A DNA stretch of 64,000 nucleotides from Promethearchaeota archaeon (lineage in GTDB: Archaea; Asgardarchaeota; Thorarchaeia; Thorarchaeales; Thorarchaeaceae): contig WJMJ01000131.1 in NCBI GenBank assembly GCA_014728035.1, positions 1 through 64,000 on the forward strand. Direction: 5' to 3'. Shown piece by piece: positions 46,663 through 56,848 of the stretch. Numbering within the stretch: position 1 is the stretch's first letter; the number at the start of each line of letters is the position of its first letter. The translations under genes and the position numbers were made by a program. The notes below the pieces were generated by a model. That model had not been told where the DNA came from. It ran no database searches and saw only the letters and a list, made by a program, of their open reading frames with translations.

Positions 46663-47754
46663 ATGTCGGAGAGCGAGCAAGTTCAGGACATAAAAGAGAG
46701 TGAACCAAAGAATGGTTCTTCAAGTCAAGATGATTCACCGAAAGCGGTCTATGCATGGATTGGCGGATTGATATTTGCTATAGGATTTACCATGTTGATC
46801 TGGGCTTTAGGACCCCTTCTTGATGGGTATTCACACTTGCCAGATCAAGGTGCTACTTGGTACTATTGGCAACTTCCAGTTCGGGACGATATACTCATGT
46901 TGCTTACATGGATATTTTACCTGTCACATCAGTTTGCCATTTGGGGCGCAATATACTGGGCTCAAAAGAATTTGAAAGAGCTCAGGGCAAGACCAACAAA
47001 AGGATTGACAAAATATAATTTCATGGCAATCTTCATCAATGTAGCATTTGTAATTCTGCATCTGATTCAGACTCACTTGTGGTATGATGGGCTAGCCCAA
47101 GACGTTCCAATCTGGACATCACAAGGTTCAGTAATAGTTATGCTTGCAGTCATTCTTGCTATCGAGAATCCAAGACGTGGTTTCATTCTGGGTAAGAAAA
47201 TGGGCAAACCAATGACCGCTAGAGTTACTGGCTTCTTCAGAAGAGCTCATACATACATCTTCGCATGGGCCCTTGTCTATACATTTTGGTTTCATCCAAT
47301 GGATGCAGACCCCCAGTTGTTAACAGGTTTCTTCTACATGTTCTTGCTGTTCACACAGATATCACTAGCATATACTACAGTTCATGTGGATAAACGTTGG
47401 ATAGTCATCTTGGAGTATAATGTGGCGTTTCATGGAGCGATTGTAGCAGTGTTCAATACAGCATTCTTCAATAGTGCTGAGATGTGGCCAATGTTCTTTA
47501 GTGGTTTCACATTCATGTTTGTATTCACGTACATGTACGCATTCGATATCAAGCGAGAGATTCGCTGGCTAGTCATGCTGCTTTACTTTGGATTCTTAGC
47601 TTGGTTATACTTGCCAGCGCCTCTAGGATTTGGTCGAGATCCAATGCGACTGATGATGCTAGAATTTCTCTGGATTCCAATAGTACTCTATGGGCTATCA
47701 ATAGCACTTGCAGGACTAGTTTTTCTGTATTATAAAGTACGAAATAGAGAATAA
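46663..47754 (+). CDS. Multi-pass membrane protein of unknown function
   Basis: About 9-10 TM segments with several intramembrane His (YLSHQ, LHLIQTH, FWFHP, FHG). Confidence 0.75.
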   Translation: MSESEQVQDIKESEPKNGSSSQDDSPKAVYAWIGGLIFAIGFTMLIWALGPLLDGYSHLPDQGATWYYWQLPVRDDILMLLTWIFYLSHQFAIWGAIYWAQKNLKELRARPTKGLTKYNFMAIFINVAFVILHLIQTHLWYDGLAQDVPIWTSQGSVIVMLAVILAIENPRRGFILGKKMGKPMTARVTGFFRRAHTYIFAWALVYTFWFHPMDADPQLLTGFFYMFLLFTQISLAYTTVHVDKRWIVILEYNVAFHGAIVAVFNTAFFNSAEMWPMFFSGFTFMFVFTYMYAFDIKREIRWLVMLLYFGFLAWLYLPAPLGFGRDPMRLMMLEFLWIPIVLYGLSIALAGLVFLYYKVRNRE

Positions 47755-47761
47755 AATAGAA

Positions 47762-47790
47762 AGAGGTGGGGGCTATCCCCCCAACCTTCT
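47762..47790. terminator. GC-rich hairpin between convergent genes
   Basis: AGAGGTGGGGG-CTAT-CCCCCCAACCTTCT. Confidence 0.55.
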
Positions 47791-49121
47791 TACTGAACAT
47801 CAGCAACATGAACACTACAAGAAACACAGGGATCGTATGAACGTACAACGGTCTCAAGTTTTTGTCCGATTATCTTTTTGTCAGACACACCTTGCTCAGA
47901 GAGTGCAGATGCCATCCTTTTTAGATCATCCTCAACAATAGGCAGAAACATCGCAGTAGGGGTAACGATGTCAGTTTCAGACACCTTGCCACTCTTATCA
48001 ACCCTTATCGTATAAGCAAGAAGTCCACGAGGTGCTTCTGTCATGGATACCCCTGTACCGGCCTTGGTTATCTTGGGCTTGATACGTTTCTCATACGGTT
48101 TGAGTTCTTCCGATAAAGTTTCAGCAATTTGTTCAGCTCTGTGTACAAAGTGTACAAGTTCTACTGCTTGTGCAAAATTATTCGACATAGGATTGTTAGG
48201 GTCAAGGTGTGACTCGTACATTGTTGCTAGCTCTTTTGCTCGTGAGCTCAACCCCTCACCAAAGAGAGTATATCGTGATAAAGCTCCGGTCATGAAACAT
48301 TGTTCGTTATATGTGCCATGTTTAGCAAAAGAATGTCTAACAACAGATTCGTTAATCCGAATCTTATATGCGTCAGCCTTGAATTTGTCACCATCAGATG
48401 CAAAGACGGTATCACCTAACATTGTGTAGGACCCGTCATACGGTTGTAAAGCAAGATGGACTCGTTCAGCATCAACCTCAGGCCAGTTACGATAACTTAC
48501 CAAATTCTCTAAAGCTTCTTCTGAAGCGTTGTAGAGACGTGTAAGTCGAGCAGCAAGGGTCTCAAGACTTTTCTTTGTTGGGAGCTTGCCAAACCCACCG
48601 ATTAGTGCGTTCTCCTGATGGATGTACCTTGAACCAATAGTTGTCTGAATATCGGCACCGATATCTTTCAATTGAAGCCCCGCTTTCACTATATCTTTGT
48701 GGTCTTGACTCATTTGGAATGCATCAGGATAGCCAAGATAGTCCGGAAGAGCTAATAAGAAAAGATGCAAAGCATGACTCTCAATGAAATCACCTAAATA
48801 CATCAGTTCTCGTAACTTGATAGTCTGCTCTGTTGGAGTTAGACCAATTGCATTCTCTGCAGCTTGTACTGCTGTTATTTTATGAGCCGCTGCACAGAAT
48901 GAACATACTCTTGGAAAGACTGCAACAGCCTCTTCGACGGGTTTTCCAATCGTGATAGCTTCAAAATATCTTGGCCCTTCATAGACATTCATCTTGACAA
49001 TCTTAACTTCAGCGCCATCATATTCAACTTCAATTCCAGCTTTCCCCTCAATTCGAGCTATGTGGTCAATAGAGAGAGGATGCTTTAGAGATTTCGATGA
49101 TGATTTCTTTGACTTTGTCAT
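47790..49121 (-). CDS. hydA: Group 3b [NiFe]-hydrogenase (sulfhydrogenase) large/alpha subunit
   Basis: ARIEGKAG, RVCSFC, EAPRG and DPCVSCSVH followed by a short cleavable tail. Confidence 0.95.
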   Translation of the reverse strand: MTKSKKSSSKSLKHPLSIDHIARIEGKAGIEVEYDGAEVKIVKMNVYEGPRYFEAITIGKPVEEAVAVFPRVCSFCAAAHKITAVQAAENAIGLTPTEQTIKLRELMYLGDFIESHALHLFLLALPDYLGYPDAFQMSQDHKDIVKAGLQLKDIGADIQTTIGSRYIHQENALIGGFGKLPTKKSLETLAARLTRLYNASEEALENLVSYRNWPEVDAERVHLALQPYDGSYTMLGDTVFASDGDKFKADAYKIRINESVVRHSFAKHGTYNEQCFMTGALSRYTLFGEGLSSRAKELATMYESHLDPNNPMSNNFAQAVELVHFVHRAEQIAETLSEELKPYEKRIKPKITKAGTGVSMTEAPRGLLAYTIRVDKSGKVSETDIVTPTAMFLPIVEDDLKRMASALSEQGVSDKKIIGQKLETVVRSYDPCVSCSVHVADVQ

Positions 49122-49936
49122 TATTCTGCACCTCCATAAATCCGATCCAACATATCTTCTAGACGAGGTTCATGTGCGCCAAAAATACGCATTCTATCCC
49201 GAACATGTTCCTTGGAGAGTCCCTTTTTCTTGAAAGTCATTGCTAGCGAGTCAAACCACGCAGTATCAAAGGGAACAGGTCCACGACATCCAACACAAGG
49301 GGTGTCAAAAGTGATACACCGTGCATCACAACCAGCAGTTGTAACCGGGCCCAGGCAAGGAGCGCCACGTTCGATAAGAATACAAGGATTGCCCTTTAGT
49401 CTGCATTCAGCACAAACCGGATAATCAATACGTTCGGGAAACGTGCCAAACAGAAAGGTCGATATTGAATACATGAGCTCATCTTCCTCAGGAGGGCAGC
49501 CAGGAATGTAGTAATCAATTTCCACATGATGATCGACGGGAGTTGCTTGAAGAGGCTTCATGTCAATCTCATCTTCACCATACACTGCCTTGTGTAGTTC
49601 ATCACAATTCTTCTCATCCTCAGACCAGCTTTGTACCCCACCATTGACAGCACATGCTCCTAATGCAACGACAATACGAGAGTGTTTTCGGATTTCCATC
49701 AATTCCTCCAAATCTTTCTCTGTAGAAACTGACCCCTCAACAAATGCAATATCTACATCTGCTGGCATCTTACTATCACTAGATAACATGTAGAAACTCT
49801 CGAAGCTAACACTCTTTGCAATATCAAGTATTTTTTGAACCGTCGCCAACATTAGCTGACAACCATAACAAGAGGTGAGAGCGTAAACTCCGATTTTGGG
49901 TTTGCAGTCGCCAAGACATTCAGATAGTGTAACCAT
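49121..49936 (-). CDS. hydD: Sulfhydrogenase small/delta subunit
   Basis: TSCYGC, VEGSV, GACA, PGCPP, VCAEC and CLGPVT.AGC..C. Confidence 0.93.
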   Translation of the reverse strand: MVTLSECLGDCKPKIGVYALTSCYGCQLMLATVQKILDIAKSVSFESFYMLSSDSKMPADVDIAFVEGSVSTEKDLEELMEIRKHSRIVVALGACAVNGGVQSWSEDEKNCDELHKAVYGEDEIDMKPLQATPVDHHVEIDYYIPGCPPEEDELMYSISTFLFGTFPERIDYPVCAECRLKGNPCILIERGAPCLGPVTTAGCDARCITFDTPCVGCRGPVPFDTAWFDSLAMTFKKKGLSKEHVRDRMRIFGAHEPRLEDMLDRIYGGAE

Positions 49937-50796
49937 TAAATCAACCCCGGTATACTGGTAATTGCGTAGTAATCAAAGACAGGACCGTCCTTGCACGCAT
50001 ATTTCCACGAAGTAGCTGTACCTATGTTGCAATGACCGCATTTGCCCACTCCGCATTTCATCCTTCTTTCCAAAGTCACAAAGATATATCGTGGGTCATA
50101 TCCTTTTTCTACAAGATAGTCAAACATTCCACGGTACATAGCTGGGGGACCACACATTGCCACTGCGCAATTTTTCGGATCCACATTAGCTTTATCCATA
50201 TGAACAGTAGCTCGACCATGAAGTCCTTCAAAATCAGGATCCCGTGTCGCAGTCTGAACAATTGAGATATTTTCTGCGGTTGCGATATCTTTCATTGCCT
50301 CCAGTTCTTTTTGGAAGAGCAATTCATTTCCATATTTTGCACTGTTAATGATCGTAATATTTCCAAATAACCATCGGTTATCTAGAGCATAGAGAAATAC
50401 CGAACGCAATGGGGCCATTCCCAGACCCGCAGCAACACACAACAAATCGCGCCCATGAAATTGCTCCATCGGAAAACCATTTCCATAAGGACCACGAATT
50501 CCGACCAGAGCACCAGGCTGTAATTCGTGAATTGCGGATGTGACTCGCCCAGCATTGCGAATACATAGTTCAAAAAATCCAACTCTTCTAGCTGAGGAGC
50601 AAATTGAGATAGGAACTTCACCCAGACCGAGAAGTGATACTTCTACAAATTGACCTGGCATGAATCTCCAATCTTGAGCAACTTCAGAATCTTCAAACCT
50701 AAAGAGGAACAATGATTCGAGCTCTGTTAGCTTGTACTTTCTCAAAAGTCTACATTTGTGAGTCTCATAGATACTTGGTTCTTGTTCTTTGGTCAT
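49936..50796 (-). CDS. hydG: Sulfhydrogenase gamma subunit (FAD/NAD-binding)
   Basis: [27 protein letters not shown] and [14 protein letters not shown]. Confidence 0.93.
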   Translation of the reverse strand: MTKEQEPSIYETHKCRLLRKYKLTELESLFLFRFEDSEVAQDWRFMPGQFVEVSLLGLGEVPISICSSARRVGFFELCIRNAGRVTSAIHELQPGALVGIRGPYGNGFPMEQFHGRDLLCVAAGLGMAPLRSVFLYALDNRWLFGNITIINSAKYGNELLFQKELEAMKDIATAENISIVQTATRDPDFEGLHGRATVHMDKANVDPKNCAVAMCGPPAMYRGMFDYLVEKGYDPRYIFVTLERRMKCGVGKCGHCNIGTATSWKYACKDGPVFDYYAITSIPGLI

Positions 50797-51833
50797 TTCT
50801 CCACCTCCGGATATCCTCCAATCTCCATCAGATTACTTCTGAATTGAATTTCAGCAGGACAGAAATAGGTACATCTGCCACAGCCAACACAATAGGCAGT
50901 AGTGGTTTCGGGACAGTAAGCATTCTTACATTGATATCGATTATAAAATCGGTCTTTCTTGGTTTCTCGGAAATTGTGTCCACCAGCAACTAGTCCGTGA
51001 GTTCGGAATTGGCAAGAGTCCCAGAAACGGATACGTTCACCAGTTCTACCATCAATACTAGGTTTATCCTTTACATCATAACAGCGGCAAGTTGGACAAG
51101 TGAGTGTACAGTTTCCGCACCCGAGACATTTGTCAGCCTCGCGTTCGTACATCTTGTGATCCATTCTCAATTCTAGAAGATACCGCAAATCATCCCAATT
51201 ACCCTGTACCTTGAACTGTTTTGCCTTCTTTCGCTCGAACTCTGATACATTATCAACGTCTTTCTTTGAAACTTCAGAAAATAGATCCATATTTGGATCG
51301 ATAAGTTTGTGGCCTGTGACAGTCCCTACCCGGACCATAAATCCATCAGGGAGTTCGTGGAAAAATAGGTCAAACCCAGCATCAACAAACTCAATCCTTC
51401 GTACATTACAGAAACAGTATTCATCAGGAAGGCAAGATAGACCAATAATTATCCCATTTTGCCGACGAATCTGATAATAGGGATCAGGTTGTTCATCGAG
51501 AAATTCTGCATCCATAATCCGCAGACCGACAATGTCACAATTGTGAACACCAAACAAAATCACTCGTTCTTTCCTAGGCAGTTTTTCCTGTAATTCGACC
51601 TTGTGGGTATCAAATGTAAACATGGTTTCCTCTACAGGATAAAAAAATCGCCTCGGAGGACGAATCGTTCGATGATAGTCGAACTCCACCTGTTTTACAT
51701 CTTCAACCTCTTTGAAATCGTAGAACTTCTCAGAGATTTTTGAGGGCGCATACAGCGTCCCCATACCTTTGAGCCGATTCAGGAACTCATACGTGTTCTC
51801 ATGGGATATCTTCACATATCGCATTTCCGGCAC
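50793..51833 (-). CDS. hydB: Sulfhydrogenase beta subunit (Fe-S)
   Basis: [25 protein letters not shown] and [12 protein letters not shown]. Confidence 0.93.
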   Translation of the reverse strand: MPEMRYVKISHENTYEFLNRLKGMGTLYAPSKISEKFYDFKEVEDVKQVEFDYHRTIRPPRRFFYPVEETMFTFDTHKVELQEKLPRKERVILFGVHNCDIVGLRIMDAEFLDEQPDPYYQIRRQNGIIIGLSCLPDEYCFCNVRRIEFVDAGFDLFFHELPDGFMVRVGTVTGHKLIDPNMDLFSEVSKKDVDNVSEFERKKAKQFKVQGNWDDLRYLLELRMDHKMYEREADKCLGCGNCTLTCPTCRCYDVKDKPSIDGRTGERIRFWDSCQFRTHGLVAGGHNFRETKKDRFYNRYQCKNAYCPETTTAYCVGCGRCTYFCPAEIQFRSNLMEIGGYPEVEK

Positions 51834-51968
51834 CTCATGGGGTAAATCAGCGGATGTGTTTGTTCAAACGATGAGCTCTAATAAAATGAAGCATGTGTAC
51901 TTGATGCTGAAAGTTTAAGTCAAAAAAAACTAATATAAATCAAAATATAGAGAAGGAATGGAATACTT

Positions 51969-53069
51969 TTGTATGCTCTGAAGCCCTATTTCAGATTCTG
52001 GTCAATACTGCTATTCTTGTCAATATTGCTTGCATCACTAACACCATTTATGATTCGATTTCCCCAGTACGATAGAGTTGAGTATACAGATATCAATGAA
52101 AACATATTCTTGAGCGCCACCAACTCCACATATAATATCGAATTGCCAGAGGAGGTATATCAAGTTGATATTAGACAACTGGTCACAAATGGTTCGAAGG
52201 TCGATATTACATCATTCAATTCAAGTACAACCTTTTTCAAAATGTTAAACATAACGGAAATAGACGACATTCCAATCAGTATAGAATCTCAGTTCGATAG
52301 GTGGAATCAGTGGGAAAGCTGGAACATTACAATTTCTCGAGTAGATTCAGATGTATCAGTATTCCTTGATATCAGAATAGGAAAACTGACCCAGATATTA
52401 GTTGATTACGCACCGCTGCAAAATTTTGGTGTTTTTGGAATCGTTTTTGCAGGCATTGGACTCTATTGGTTTGTATCCAGTGAGAGAGAATATAGGAAAA
52501 GACTTGGCAATGATGAGAGATTCGAGAATACAATTAGTCCAATGAAGATTGCGTCTCTAATCATCATAGCTGGATTGTTATTTGCACCATCGGCAATATC
52601 ATTATACCAAAGTCAAACAATGACCGAACTAAACGAGTCGGTTGAAAAGAAATCAGTAAATTTGTCACTGAATTCAACACATCCATCATTATCAGTGAAC
52701 CTTGGCGATATTTCAAATGAAGATGCAATTGAAGCACATGCAAAAATTACGATGTCCACAGGGCAAAATGCCTCGTTTATTGTTCAATTGGAAGATTATG
52801 AAAGTGTTGTAAGATATCAAATTCAGTACCAAGAATTAGTTTCTGAGCAGAGCTGGCATCTCCACATTGGAAATATTACTAGATTCTCATCAGTTACTGT
52901 AGAACGTCTTGATCAGGATGTAGATGTGTTGATTGAAGTAGCAATATATCTCACGGTTCGCACTACAAAGCAGAATCCTATGATTTTAGCAATTCTCGCA
53001 GTGTTTGGAAGTATTCCACTGGTATATGCAATGATGAATTCACACAGATTTGACAATGAAGTAACATAA
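51969..53069 (+). CDS. Hypothetical membrane protein with an internal duplication
   Basis: A TM-beta-domain-TM unit occurs twice (ITISRVDSDVSVFLDI / VTVERLDQDVDVLIEV). Confidence 0.65.
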   Translation: MYALKPYFRFWSILLFLSILLASLTPFMIRFPQYDRVEYTDINENIFLSATNSTYNIELPEEVYQVDIRQLVTNGSKVDITSFNSSTTFFKMLNITEIDDIPISIESQFDRWNQWESWNITISRVDSDVSVFLDIRIGKLTQILVDYAPLQNFGVFGIVFAGIGLYWFVSSEREYRKRLGNDERFENTISPMKIASLIIIAGLLFAPSAISLYQSQTMTELNESVEKKSVNLSLNSTHPSLSVNLGDISNEDAIEAHAKITMSTGQNASFIVQLEDYESVVRYQIQYQELVSEQSWHLHIGNITRFSSVTVERLDQDVDVLIEVAIYLTVRTTKQNPMILAILAVFGSIPLVYAMMNSHRFDNEVT

Positions 53070-53169
53070 TTATTGTACAATCAATCATTCTACACGGTCA
53101 TGACACAACTGTTATATCCCGAGATAGAAACTTGTCCAAATTGTATCACTAGACTGGAGACTCAAGTCT

Positions 53170-56100
53170 ATGGGCAAATCCTCATCAAAAAAGGGTAAGT
53201 CAAAAACGAAACCCACAGATGTTCTTGTTATTGGATCAGGGATGGCAGGCATTAATGCCGCTCTTGATCTTGCTAATGGTGGCTATCAAGTACACCTAAT
53301 TGAAAAAACCGTGAACATAGGCGGGAACTATGTTGCAATATACAAGATATTTCCCATGCTAGAATGTTCTGCGTGTGTTATGACACCACTCACCTCGTTT
53401 GTGGGTAAGCATCCTAATATCAAAATTCATGCGCTCACACAGGTGGAGAAGGTCAAAGGAAGAGCAGGTAACTTCACAGTTACCCTTCGCAAAGAAGCAC
53501 GGTATGTTGACGAAGAAAAATGTACAGGGTGTGGACTCTGTATCAGTGCATGTCCAGTAGAGGTTCCCAATGAATATGATAGGGGATTATCCTTGCGAAA
53601 AGCAGCATACATGAATTTCCCTCAACAAATACCACTAATCTCATGTATTGACAGAGAAGCATGTATTGGATGCGGCACTTGTGCTGCGGTCTGTCCACAG
53701 GATTGCATTAATTACGAAGATGAGGACAAAATATACGATTTAGATGTGGGAGGGATAATTGTTGCAACAGGATTTGATGAATACCAGCCAGTAGATTATG
53801 GTGAATATGGGTACGGAATCTATCCCAATGTTGTGACAAGCCTGGAATACGATAGACAGACACACCCCACAGGGCCAACTGATGCTCATATGGTACGCCC
53901 TTCAGACGGAAAAGAACCTGAAAGAATACTTTTCGTTAACTGTGTTGGGAGTAGAGATGTTAGAGAGCATATTCAAGGATATAGTCAACATTGTAACAAA
54001 GTATGCTGTTCTTTTGGTCTCAAATTGGCTCAAGTTACAAGAATGCATTATCCAGAAGACCATTGTGAAATTATTTACACCTATATGGATTTGAGAACCG
54101 CAGGAAAAGCTCTTGAAGAATTCCTTTGGGATTCACAACACAATCAAGGAATCGATTTCATTCGTGGTAGAGTATCAGAAATACAAGAGAATCCAGATAC
54201 ACATGACCTGTACGTGAAAATGGAGAATACAGATACAGGAGAGATTATTGAGCTCGAGGACATATCAATGGTTGTGCTTAATGCAAGTTTCAGACCCCAT
54301 CCGGAAATGGAAGAACTTGCAAAAACATTGAATATTGAACTGACCGAAGAAGGTTGGGTTAAAGAAGCACATCCAAATACAGGTACACTGGATACAACAC
54401 GACCAGGAGTCTTTGTGGCAGGTTGTGCACACGGACCTCGTGATGGGACTGATACCGTCAACGAAGGAAAAGGTGCAGCTCTAGCTGTTCATTCACTAAT
54501 GCCACTGCCTCCGAAACGGGAAGTTGAGGAAATACCACCTGCTGAAATAACTGACGAACCACGCGTTGGTGTATTCATCTGTCATTGTGGAGGGATCATT
54601 GGAAATGTCATTGACTCACCAGGACTTGCAGAATGGGCAAAAGACATTCCTAATGTAGCATATTCAACAGATTATATTTTCATGTGTAGTGATCCTGGAC
54701 AACAGCTCGTAACTGATGCAATCAGAGAACACAAACTCAATCGAGTTGTTGTTGGATCATGTTCACCGTTACAACACGAGGCAACTTTCAGAAGTGCATT
54801 AGTAAGAGCTGGTCTCTCACCATATTATCTAGTAGGGCCAGTTGGACTTCGTGAACACTTAGCACTGGTAAATGCAAATGCACCCCCAGAAGAAAGACAA
54901 GAGAAAGCTCAAGACCTAATCCGAAGTGCTGTGGCAAAAGCGGTAAACAATGAAGATATCCCTCTCAAACAGGTTGAAGTCGAACGAACTTCAATGGTTA
55001 TTGGTGGGGGTGTTGCAGGAATGACTGCAGCACTCGACATTGCAAAGAAAGGCTTTGATGTTATTTTGGTAGAGAAAACAGACAAGCTAGGTGGAAGGCT
55101 TAACGACTTGTACAGATTATTTCCAAAAATGGAATCTGCTGAAGAGATCATTACGGACCTTATCTCACGAGTTGAAAAGGAAAAACGTATCAAAGTTCTT
55201 CTAAGCAGCAAAGTAACCAATCGAGATGGAGCATATGGAAACTATCAGATAACCATTAGAAATCACGAAACGGAAGAAGAAACTATCTATAACATCGGTT
55301 CAATTGCGATCACAATTGGTTCAGATACATATGACCCAGAAGTTGGTGAATATGGTTGGGGAGAAGTTCCTGGTGTCATATCAAGTTTAGACTTGGAACG
55401 AAAGCTAAGAAATGGAGATATCAAACAAGCACCAAAAAATCCAATCTTTATCCATTGTGTGGGTTCAAGACAGACTCCAGGTGAAGGCAACAAATACTGC
55501 TCAAGAGTCTGTTGTTCAGCTGTTATCACTATGCAATACGAATTGAATGAGATGTTTCCAGACATCAAAATATTTTCTGCATACAAGGAACACATTCGAC
55601 CAGTTGCATCAGGAATGGAAGAAATGTGGCGGGAGAATCGCCAAAATGGTGTTACCTACCTTAGATGGATTCGTGAGCGTCCAATCACTGTAGAAGAAAA
55701 TCCTGATGGAGATGGGGCTATTGTAACAGTCTATGATACTCTATCTCAACAAGAATTCAAGATTGAATCGGATATGGTCGTCTTGGCACTCGGATTGGAG
55801 GCACCAAAGGATGTGGGAGAACTAACCAAAGCACTAGGTATTACTGTAGGACAAGATGGTTTCCTACGAGAGATGCACATGAAATTCAGACCAGTAGAAA
55901 CCACTGTACCAGGTGTATTTACAGGCACCACCTATGCTAAAAATGTGGCTGATTCGGTGGCACAAGGAAGAGGAGCAGCAAGTGAGGCAACGATACCTCT
56001 AAACCTGGGAACTGTTGAAATCGAATTACTGGTTGCTGATGTTGACCAAGACCTTTGTGTTGGATGTGATCTTTGTCATTATTCAGAGATTTGTCCATAC

Positions 56101-56274
56101 GATGCTGTTTCAATGATTGAGACATCTCCTGGCGTGAAAAAGAGTGTAACTGATGAGTTGCGTTGTGAGGGATGCGGTGCATGTGCGGCAATATGTCCAA
56201 CAGGTGCCCGGGATCTACGTTGGTGGAGAGAGAAAAGTTTCCTTAACCAAGTAGAAGAGATGCTAAGAGAGTGA
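53170..56274 (+). CDS. hdrA: Heterodisulfide reductase subunit A-like polyprotein (two FAD modules)
   Basis: Two GxGxAG motifs, ECSAC, ferredoxin CxxCxxCxxxCP motifs, CVGSR...CxxVCC twice, and an internal RVGVFICHCG domain. Confidence 0.92.
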   Translation: MGKSSSKKGKSKTKPTDVLVIGSGMAGINAALDLANGGYQVHLIEKTVNIGGNYVAIYKIFPMLECSACVMTPLTSFVGKHPNIKIHALTQVEKVKGRAGNFTVTLRKEARYVDEEKCTGCGLCISACPVEVPNEYDRGLSLRKAAYMNFPQQIPLISCIDREACIGCGTCAAVCPQDCINYEDEDKIYDLDVGGIIVATGFDEYQPVDYGEYGYGIYPNVVTSLEYDRQTHPTGPTDAHMVRPSDGKEPERILFVNCVGSRDVREHIQGYSQHCNKVCCSFGLKLAQVTRMHYPEDHCEIIYTYMDLRTAGKALEEFLWDSQHNQGIDFIRGRVSEIQENPDTHDLYVKMENTDTGEIIELEDISMVVLNASFRPHPEMEELAKTLNIELTEEGWVKEAHPNTGTLDTTRPGVFVAGCAHGPRDGTDTVNEGKGAALAVHSLMPLPPKREVEEIPPAEITDEPRVGVFICHCGGIIGNVIDSPGLAEWAKDIPNVAYSTDYIFMCSDPGQQLVTDAIREHKLNRVVVGSCSPLQHEATFRSALVRAGLSPYYLVGPVGLREHLALVNANAPPEERQEKAQDLIRSAVAKAVNNEDIPLKQVEVERTSMVIGGGVAGMTAALDIAKKGFDVILVEKTDKLGGRLNDLYRLFPKMESAEEIITDLISRVEKEKRIKVLLSSKVTNRDGAYGNYQITIRNHETEEETIYNIGSIAITIGSDTYDPEVGEYGWGEVPGVISSLDLERKLRNGDIKQAPKNPIFIHCVGSRQTPGEGNKYCSRVCCSAVITMQYELNEMFPDIKIFSAYKEHIRPVASGMEEMWRENRQNGVTYLRWIRERPITVEENPDGDGAIVTVYDTLSQQEFKIESDMVVLALGLEAPKDVGELTKALGITVGQDGFLREMHMKFRPVETTVPGVFTGTTYAKNVADSVAQGRGAASEATIPLNLGTVEIELLVADVDQDLCVGCDLCHYSEICPYDAVSMIETSPGVKKSVTDELRCEGCGACAAICPTGARDLRWWREKSFLNQVEEMLRE

Positions 56275-56278
56275 TAGA

Positions 56279-56848
56279 ATGATCTCTATTAACGGATTAC
56301 GAGCAGGCTGGATGATTCTCAACGAGTTATTGGGAGAACTCAGCAAAATGGATGTATTCATCCCGGATTTGACCTATGCAGACCTTCGAAATTCAAAAAT
56401 GGTTATAGAATATCTGAGTTCCTATGAAGAAGAGATTAGAGAAGCAGACCCCCAAGATGATCAGTTACGTGAAGAAACGGAAATCAAGATTCAGGATCTC
56501 AGAGATGTCCTTATGACATGGATTGAAAAGGAAAAAGGCGTTGATGTCCGAAAAACTTGGGATGAACGGTTTATGCGTGCTATAAATGAGGATGGCGAAG
56601 TAGAATTACCTGAACAGCCAACACCCATTTCGGATATTCCTAGAGAGAAAGATGTTGGATTCTTCAGAATACGATTGCCTGAAGATATACCAGTAGAGAT
56701 TGTTTCTGAAATTGCTGAAGATTGCGAGGTCTTAGTTTCTCTTGATGGTGATAGACATCTCCAAGTAAGTGGGAAAAAAGATTGCGTGAGAGCTGCAATG
56801 AAAAGACTCGGTAAAGTGTTCTATGGCGAAAGTAAAATGGAGAAGTAA
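56279..56848 (+). CDS. DUF2096-like protein
   Basis: WMILNELLGEL....IP..TYADLR pattern and C-terminal FFRIRLP...VSGKK..VRAAMK. Confidence 0.65.
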   Translation: MISINGLRAGWMILNELLGELSKMDVFIPDLTYADLRNSKMVIEYLSSYEEEIREADPQDDQLREETEIKIQDLRDVLMTWIEKEKGVDVRKTWDERFMRAINEDGEVELPEQPTPISDIPREKDVGFFRIRLPEDIPVEIVSEIAEDCEVLVSLDGDRHLQVSGKKDCVRAAMKRLGKVFYGESKMEK

